DNA from: Actinomycetota bacterium
GTDB lineage: Bacteria; Actinomycetota; Actinomycetes; Nanopelagicales; Nanopelagicaceae
Assembly: GCA_010023045.1 (NCBI GenBank)
Contig: RGJX01000002.1
Span: forward strand, 8,999 to 72,998
Direction: 5' to 3'
Length of the DNA stretch: 64,000 nucleotides
Positions within the stretch are counted from its first letter, which is position 1; the number at the start of each line of letters is the position of its first letter. The notes under the pieces are model-generated. The model saw only the letters and a program-made list of their open reading frames with translations. It was not told the DNA's origin and made no database searches. The position numbers and the translations under genes are program-made. Below are positions 58,739 through 64,000 of the stretch, piece after piece.

Positions 58739-59548
58739 ATGGAGCTGATAAAGCGCTTCCAAGTTCGAGGACTTCCCGGATGGGTCAATCGGGCTAGCTT
58801 CTCGGGACGAATTGTTGATTATTGGGCTCCTGCCGGCGGCAGCGACCATGTACTTATCGCTCATGATGGTCAAAATATCTTCGACCGCAGAACCGCAACA
58901 TTTATCTATACCTGGAAACTCGCCCAAAGCGCAGCTCGAGTGGCAAAAGAGGTAGGCAAAAAGCCTCCGTTAGTGATTGGAGTTTTTCATAGCTCCACAA
59001 AAGAAGATCCACATGGTCGAGCGAAGGATTTAGCCCCAGAAGATCCATTTCGTGAAGGAATGAAAACCCTAAATCCCCCAACCTTTGCTGCAAGTGAACT
59101 ACGCGGAAATATTTACCTGAAAGAAATTCTCGAAGAGATTACCCCAAAGATTGCAGCGCATACCAATACCAACTTTGAAGCCGGCAAGACAGCAATGATT
59201 GGCTCATCAATGGGCGGGCTTGCAACGCTCTATGCGCTTTCAAAATTCAAAGATAGTTTTCATACTGCGCTCGCACTCTCCCCGCATTGGGTTCTTGCAG
59301 GAAACCCGTTAGTTGATTACCTAGTAAGAAATTTGCCTAATCGCCCCGAACACCGAGTTTGGATGAGTCGCGGTACTAAAGGCCTTGATGCTTCTTATCT
59401 TCCCTACCAGAATCGCGCTGATGAATTGATGCGCGACTTAAGTTGGGGAACTCGCTATCGAAGCAAGGTCTACCATCGAACAACTCATAACGAGAGATCT
59501 TGGGCTAGCTATGTTGATGAACCGCTTAGATTCTGGCTCAATACTTAA
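58739..59548 (+). CDS. alpha/beta hydrolase, putative-esterase family
   Basis: It has the nucleophile elbow GSSMGG and an HDGQN block. Only 5 nt separate its annotated start from the divergent photolyase ORF, so the start is uncertain. Confidence 0.6.
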   Translation: MELIKRFQVRGLPGWVNRASFSGRIVDYWAPAGGSDHVLIAHDGQNIFDRRTATFIYTWKLAQSAARVAKEVGKKPPLVIGVFHSSTKEDPHGRAKDLAPEDPFREGMKTLNPPTFAASELRGNIYLKEILEEITPKIAAHTNTNFEAGKTAMIGSSMGGLATLYALSKFKDSFHTALALSPHWVLAGNPLVDYLVRNLPNRPEHRVWMSRGTKGLDASYLPYQNRADELMRDLSWGTRYRSKVYHRTTHNERSWASYVDEPLRFWLNT

Positions 59549-61649
59549 TTCGGTAACTACGGATCTTGGAATTCGCAGTAGCTCCCGCGTCATTTCGAGC
59601 GATTGCAATTACTTCAATCTCTGTTCCAGATTTAAACTTTCGAGGTTGGATAAAGCCGCGATATAGCCCTGCAGGAAGTTGGTCATATTCAAAAGTCCTT
59701 CTATCGGCGGTCCCCAGGTTAATCCACTTCTTGCTTCCCTTGATTCGCATCTGAAAATTGACTTGGTTGTAGCCGTTTCCGGGGACTGTGGCGCTCAATC
59801 CCAACCAGTTTTGCGTGTTGTAGTCAGTAGTTATTGGACGGAGGTTCACTTCGATTTTCTCTGGATGAACCACCTTCTTTTCGGCTTTAAGAACAATAGA
59901 GGTGAGTGGTGGAACACTTCCCGATACTGTCGTACCTGAACTCTTCACTTCATTTGGTTTTCCATAAATAACTCTCCATGAGGCGCTCTCAGTTGATACG
60001 GTCGCTTCGAAAGAGCTTGCTTCTTCGCTTGAATTGAATACAACTAGGTACTCCTGGCCATCTAAATACTTAGTCATCGCTACTACGCTTGCCTTTGCTA
60101 GGCGTAGTTGTTGGGTGCCCGAACGAAGCGCTGGATTCTCACGAATTAGCGCCTGTATTCCCGTGATTTGTTCCTCGAGGGGATTCTTAACCTCAAAAGC
60201 GCTGCGATTCCCTATAGGCGTAGAACCGATCCTAGGTTCTTCTTTCCAATCTTCTACTTGGGTGGGGAACATATTTTGCCGAGCTGCTTTGTCACCACCT
60301 GTTCCAATCATTCCTTTCTCGTCTCCGTAATAAAGAACCGGAGCGCCGCGAGAGAAGAAGAGCACTTCATTGCCAAGTAGTGAACGCTTCAAAGTTAGAT
60401 TCATATCTCCATACATATCAGTGTGTAGGAAATATCCAACTCGACCCATGTCGTGATTACCAAGGAAAGTTGGTTGGCCATATGCGCTAGTTGTTGCCGT
60501 AGTCCAATAGTCATCGGCATTGAATAACTCAATCATTCGGTAGGCCTGATACTGAGAACGGACAAAACTCATAGCCTTACTTTGGAAATTGAAGTCCAAG
60601 ATGCTGGGGAACTCCTGCTCGGCTAAGAAGGTTGCTAGGTAGGCGGGGTCTCCATCTGCAACCTCACCGAAGATTGGAAACTCCTTCTTTCCTGCGTCAA
60701 CAGCTGTTTTCTTTACCTTAGGAAGGAAGTCAACCCAGAATTCGGGATTTACATGCTTGGCCGTATCGATTCGGTAACCATCAATATTGAACTTAGTGAT
60801 CCAATCACTCCAAACTTTGGTCCAACCCTTAACAACTACAGGTTTCTCGGTAAAGACATCATCTAGTCCGAAAAAGTCTCCGTAGTAGCTAGATTCGCCA
60901 CTAAAGGTCGAATCTCCGCGATTATGGTAGTTAGTAACATCGTTGAGCCAATTAGGCTTCTTCACCGATTTATTTGCGGTCGATACAAAAGGTTCATATG
61001 GAAACGAGCGCTTCGAATCTAACTTGGGAAAGTTATTCTTGCCAGCGTACTTAGTAACATCAAAAATCTGACCAGTCGCTGTTCGATAAGGAAAATCACT
61101 AATGGAGCGATAGGAATACATCCCTATTTTAGGCGAAATCACATCACCGGTGTGATTGACGACGATATCGACAATTACTTTCATCCCCAACTTGTGAGCC
61201 TTTGCGACAAAATCTTTGAATTCGGTTTCTGTTCCAAGATGGGGATCGATAGTTGTGAAATCTGTACCCCAATATCCATGGTAAGCGCCTGAATCTCCTT
61301 GAATCCAATTATTGACAACTGGAGGAGTGATCCAAATCGATGTGAAACCAAGATCTCGGATGTACTCGAGTCTCTTACTCAGACCAACAAAGTCACCACC
61401 ATGCCAATAGCTAATGCTTGTTGGATCATATCCGCTACGAAAGATTCCGCCGCCAACATACGCTTCATCATTTTCCGGCTTACCATTTTCAAATCGATCG
61501 GTCATAACAAAATAGACCGAATCATCTGCAAGATCTCCACGAACAATTGACTTGAATGTGGGCGCATCAGTAGCAACAACAGGTGTAGCTAAATTTGAAA
61601 CTAGTATGAACGAGCAAACAACACTTGCTAGGACGACTCGAAGTTTCAC
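59538..61649 (-). CDS. secreted GH13 alpha-amylase family enzyme with extra C-terminal beta-rich domain
   Basis: It has a signal peptide (VVLASVVCSFILVSNLATPVVA) and the GH13 regions DIVVNH, GYRIDTAKH, FGEV and FLGNHD. I prefer GTG 61649, which overlaps the upstream TGA stop (GTGA). Confidence 0.85.
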   Translation of the reverse strand: MKLRVVLASVVCSFILVSNLATPVVATDAPTFKSIVRGDLADDSVYFVMTDRFENGKPENDEAYVGGGIFRSGYDPTSISYWHGGDFVGLSKRLEYIRDLGFTSIWITPPVVNNWIQGDSGAYHGYWGTDFTTIDPHLGTETEFKDFVAKAHKLGMKVIVDIVVNHTGDVISPKIGMYSYRSISDFPYRTATGQIFDVTKYAGKNNFPKLDSKRSFPYEPFVSTANKSVKKPNWLNDVTNYHNRGDSTFSGESSYYGDFFGLDDVFTEKPVVVKGWTKVWSDWITKFNIDGYRIDTAKHVNPEFWVDFLPKVKKTAVDAGKKEFPIFGEVADGDPAYLATFLAEQEFPSILDFNFQSKAMSFVRSQYQAYRMIELFNADDYWTTATTSAYGQPTFLGNHDMGRVGYFLHTDMYGDMNLTLKRSLLGNEVLFFSRGAPVLYYGDEKGMIGTGGDKAARQNMFPTQVEDWKEEPRIGSTPIGNRSAFEVKNPLEEQITGIQALIRENPALRSGTQQLRLAKASVVAMTKYLDGQEYLVVFNSSEEASSFEATVSTESASWRVIYGKPNEVKSSGTTVSGSVPPLTSIVLKAEKKVVHPEKIEVNLRPITTDYNTQNWLGLSATVPGNGYNQVNFQMRIKGSKKWINLGTADRRTFEYDQLPAGLYRGFIQPRKFKSGTEIEVIAIARNDAGATANSKIRSYRIKY

Positions 61650-63451
61650 TTTAGAACCCAAATTCCACTCGTTGCTTTCTTGCTGCGGACTTTGACCATT
61701 CTTCCCTTCTGGGGGCTACCAAATAAGCGTTTTTTGACGGTGTACCCATACTTGGATAGATCTAACTTGGCATTTACCCCTTTGCGAGAGACAAATACTA
61801 GAACTGACTCACGCTTCGACTCCCGTAAGTAAGCAATGTAATCATCTTCTATTGCCACCCATCTAAGGCCACCGAATCGCAAGGCATGTGAACTATTTCT
61901 AATCTTGATTAATTCTTTGTAACCCTCAAGTAGTTCACCATTCCAATTATTTTTGTTCTCCCAATCGATAGTTCTTCGACCGTTTTCACCCCATCGGCCT
62001 TCAACTCCGATTTCATCTCCCGCATAAATCGAAGGGACACCTGGATAGGTGAGCAGCATGGTTACGCCAGAAAGATTCTTAGCAATATCTTTTCCGACGA
62101 CGGTCTGGAATCGAGCGCGATCATGAGAGCCCAGCAAGATCATGCTTGCTACGAGCGAGCGCCAGGGAATTCCCGCGGCGAATTCCCGCATTGTCTCGAC
62201 CATCTTTTCGCCTGAAACTCTTGGGAGCGCGGTGGAGCCTCCGAAACTATCAACGAGATCTTTGCCTTTGCTATTAATCCAGTACCAGATAGGTCTAGTG
62301 AAACCGCTGTAGTTCATAGTTCCGTGCCAACCTAATCCATCTAGATCTTCAGCATAGAAGTCGGCATTTTCTGCAACTAGCCAGGCATCGGGATTAACTT
62401 CCTCCATTGCCTTGCGAATTCCTGTAGCAACATCGCGATTGTGATTCTCTCCGTAATATCTACCGGTCATATTTCCAACATCAATACGCCAACCACACAT
62501 GCCAAGTGGTTCTCGGAGCCATTTTCTTACTATTGATTGATCCGATTCCCACATCTCTCTTCGAAGTTCTGGCGAGCTGTAATTCAACTTTGGAAGAGAT
62601 GGAACATCCCACCATCCGACATAGCCCCACTTGCTCTTTTCGCTCCAATAGAAAAAGCTGCGTTTTCTGCTCTTTGGATCGCTCAGGGCTTCCTGAATCC
62701 ACGGGTGTCCCAATCCGCAGTGATTAGTAGTCAAATCTCCCATGACCCTGATCCCATTACTTTCGGCGCTCTTACGGAGTTCTATTAAGGCCTCATTGCC
62801 ACCGAGCAACGGATCCACTTCGTCAAAGGATGACGCGTCATATCGATGGTTACTCTTACTCGCAAAGAAAGGAGTGAAATATATTCCCGAGACTCCCAAT
62901 TTCTTTAGGTGACTCAATTTCTCACGAACACCTACAAAATCTCCGCCATAGAACTCTTGGCTAACTTCTCTCTGCTTTAGCGCCGGTTGATCACTCCACT
63001 TTCTAGGAATAGCCCAATCTGGAATTTCCCGCTGGAGATCTGATTTAGCGAAGCGATCAGGAAATATCTGATAGAAGATCGCTGAATGCAACCACTTAGG
63101 AGTAGGGGTCGTAGCAACTATCTTGAAGTCACCGTGATCGGCGATGTCACGATCAAATAGCCCTTCTGCGTTTAGCCAATGCAAAGAGTCTTTGCCAGCA
63201 AGTAAGAATCGATAGTTAGTCTTCACATTTTTGATTTCGACTTTTACTTGCCACCAAGTTTCGTATCGTTTCTTAATCGAGAGTTTCATCGGGTAAGTAG
63301 TTGGCTCACCATCTTGCATGATTCGAATGTAGGCCGAATGAATATGGAATATTTTCGGAACTCTCAACTTAAGAGTTATGGACTCACCAATTTTTGGCGC
63401 AGAATTACTTACATACAACTCGCTGCCATCGTGATGTGGCTTGATCTCCAA
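61646..63451 (-). CDS. cytoplasmic GH13 enzyme (maltodextrin glucosidase / neopullulanase-like) with N-terminal E-set domain
   Basis: It has the GH13 regions DLTTNH, GWRIDVGN, VAEN and LGSHD. No signal peptide is present. Confidence 0.85.
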   Translation of the reverse strand: MEIKPHHDGSELYVSNSAPKIGESITLKLRVPKIFHIHSAYIRIMQDGEPTTYPMKLSIKKRYETWWQVKVEIKNVKTNYRFLLAGKDSLHWLNAEGLFDRDIADHGDFKIVATTPTPKWLHSAIFYQIFPDRFAKSDLQREIPDWAIPRKWSDQPALKQREVSQEFYGGDFVGVREKLSHLKKLGVSGIYFTPFFASKSNHRYDASSFDEVDPLLGGNEALIELRKSAESNGIRVMGDLTTNHCGLGHPWIQEALSDPKSRKRSFFYWSEKSKWGYVGWWDVPSLPKLNYSSPELRREMWESDQSIVRKWLREPLGMCGWRIDVGNMTGRYYGENHNRDVATGIRKAMEEVNPDAWLVAENADFYAEDLDGLGWHGTMNYSGFTRPIWYWINSKGKDLVDSFGGSTALPRVSGEKMVETMREFAAGIPWRSLVASMILLGSHDRARFQTVVGKDIAKNLSGVTMLLTYPGVPSIYAGDEIGVEGRWGENGRRTIDWENKNNWNGELLEGYKELIKIRNSSHALRFGGLRWVAIEDDYIAYLRESKRESVLVFVSRKGVNAKLDLSKYGYTVKKRLFGSPQKGRMVKVRSKKATSGIWVLK

Positions 63452-63457
63452 GGTCTC

Positions 63458-64000
63458 TTATCCCTTAGTAGCGCCAGCAGTTAAACCTGAGACTACATAC
63501 TTCTGCAAGAACAGGAAGAGCAGCATGACTGGTATCGCAGCCAAAAGCGCGCCGGCAGCAAATGGTCCCCATTGTTGGTCATATTGGCCATCAATAAATC
63601 GCTGTAGACCAACGGCCAGAGTTAGATCATTCGGATCGCCGGTAACTCCCATAATTACTGACGTAAGAACGAACTCATTCATCGTGCCAATAAATGAGAG
63701 CAGGACTATGACCGCAAGCGCCGGGAGCGCGAGTGGGAGAATGATTTTAAAGAAGATTTGAGCATGTGATGCTCCATCAACTTTTGCTGACTCATCTATT
63801 TCAGTAGGAATTGTGTCGAAAAACCCTTTAAGGATCCAAGCGTTTACACCAAGCGCGCCACCGGCAAAGATGATTATCAAAGCGAGCGGGCTTCCGAATG
63901 AGAGCGTTGGAATGCTCTGATTAATTTCTGCAAGTAAGACGAAGAGCGCGGTCACCGAGAGGAGTTGCGGGAACATCTGGACAACCAAAATCGTTAATAG
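63458..64000 (-). CDS. carbohydrate ABC transporter permease (MalG-like), N-terminus outside window
   Basis: It has the EAA-loop pattern IDESAKVDGASHAQIFFKIILPLALPAL. The frame stays open to the window edge. Confidence 0.8.
   Translation of the reverse strand, partial: LLTILVVQMFPQLLSVTALFVLLAEINQSIPTLSFGSPLALIIIFAGGALGVNAWILKGFFDTIPTEIDESAKVDGASHAQIFFKIILPLALPALAVIVLLSFIGTMNEFVLTSVIMGVTGDPNDLTLAVGLQRFIDGQYDQQWGPFAAGALLAAIPVMLLFLFLQKYVVSGLTAGATKG

Overview
This is a compact, almost entirely coding chromosomal segment of about 62 CDS, 2 clear tRNAs and 1 aberrant tRNA-like element. It looks like a streamlined, moderate-GC actinobacterium; the taxon is inferred from gene content and order, not computed. 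From 1 to about 45 kb the gene order matches what I recall of the conserved actinobacterial backbone (mycobacterial Rv0990-Rv1110 neighbourhoods): rmuC, ispH, xseAB, class I fumarase, PIN-PhoH2, uppS, greA, ppx, DUF501, ftsB-like, eno, mazG, mfd, ppc, pth, rplY, prs, glmU, tRNA-Gln, ispE, rsmA, tatD, metG, pmt, rimJ-like, MoeA-like, and 5-formyl-THF cyclo-ligase. From about 45 to 64 kb the content is more accessory. It holds TetR+MMPL, an ABM-like/short-P450/GH125 trio next to tRNA-Arg(CCT), a second saccharopine-dehydrogenase-family enzyme plus an SDR, and a secreted Cys/coiled-coil protein. It also holds a Tat-Rieske protein divergent from a membrane GGDEF protein, homospermidine synthase, photolyase, and a GH13 maltodextrin locus. 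I saw no rRNA, CRISPR array, transposase, integrase or prophage genes. I found no obvious multi-gene novel system. The observations most worth a second look are (1) a single ORF fusing RsmI to a complete MetRS, (2) a class-I-shaped tRNA with a Leu UAA anticodon and a mismatched acceptor top squeezed between two genes, (3) a long structured leader with 10-bp-phased direct repeats upstream of a secreted cell-wall hydrolase, and (4) a shortened MoeA/gephyrin-like gene with its conserved membrane neighbour. All function calls come from reading the translated ORFs against remembered family signatures; no searches were run.
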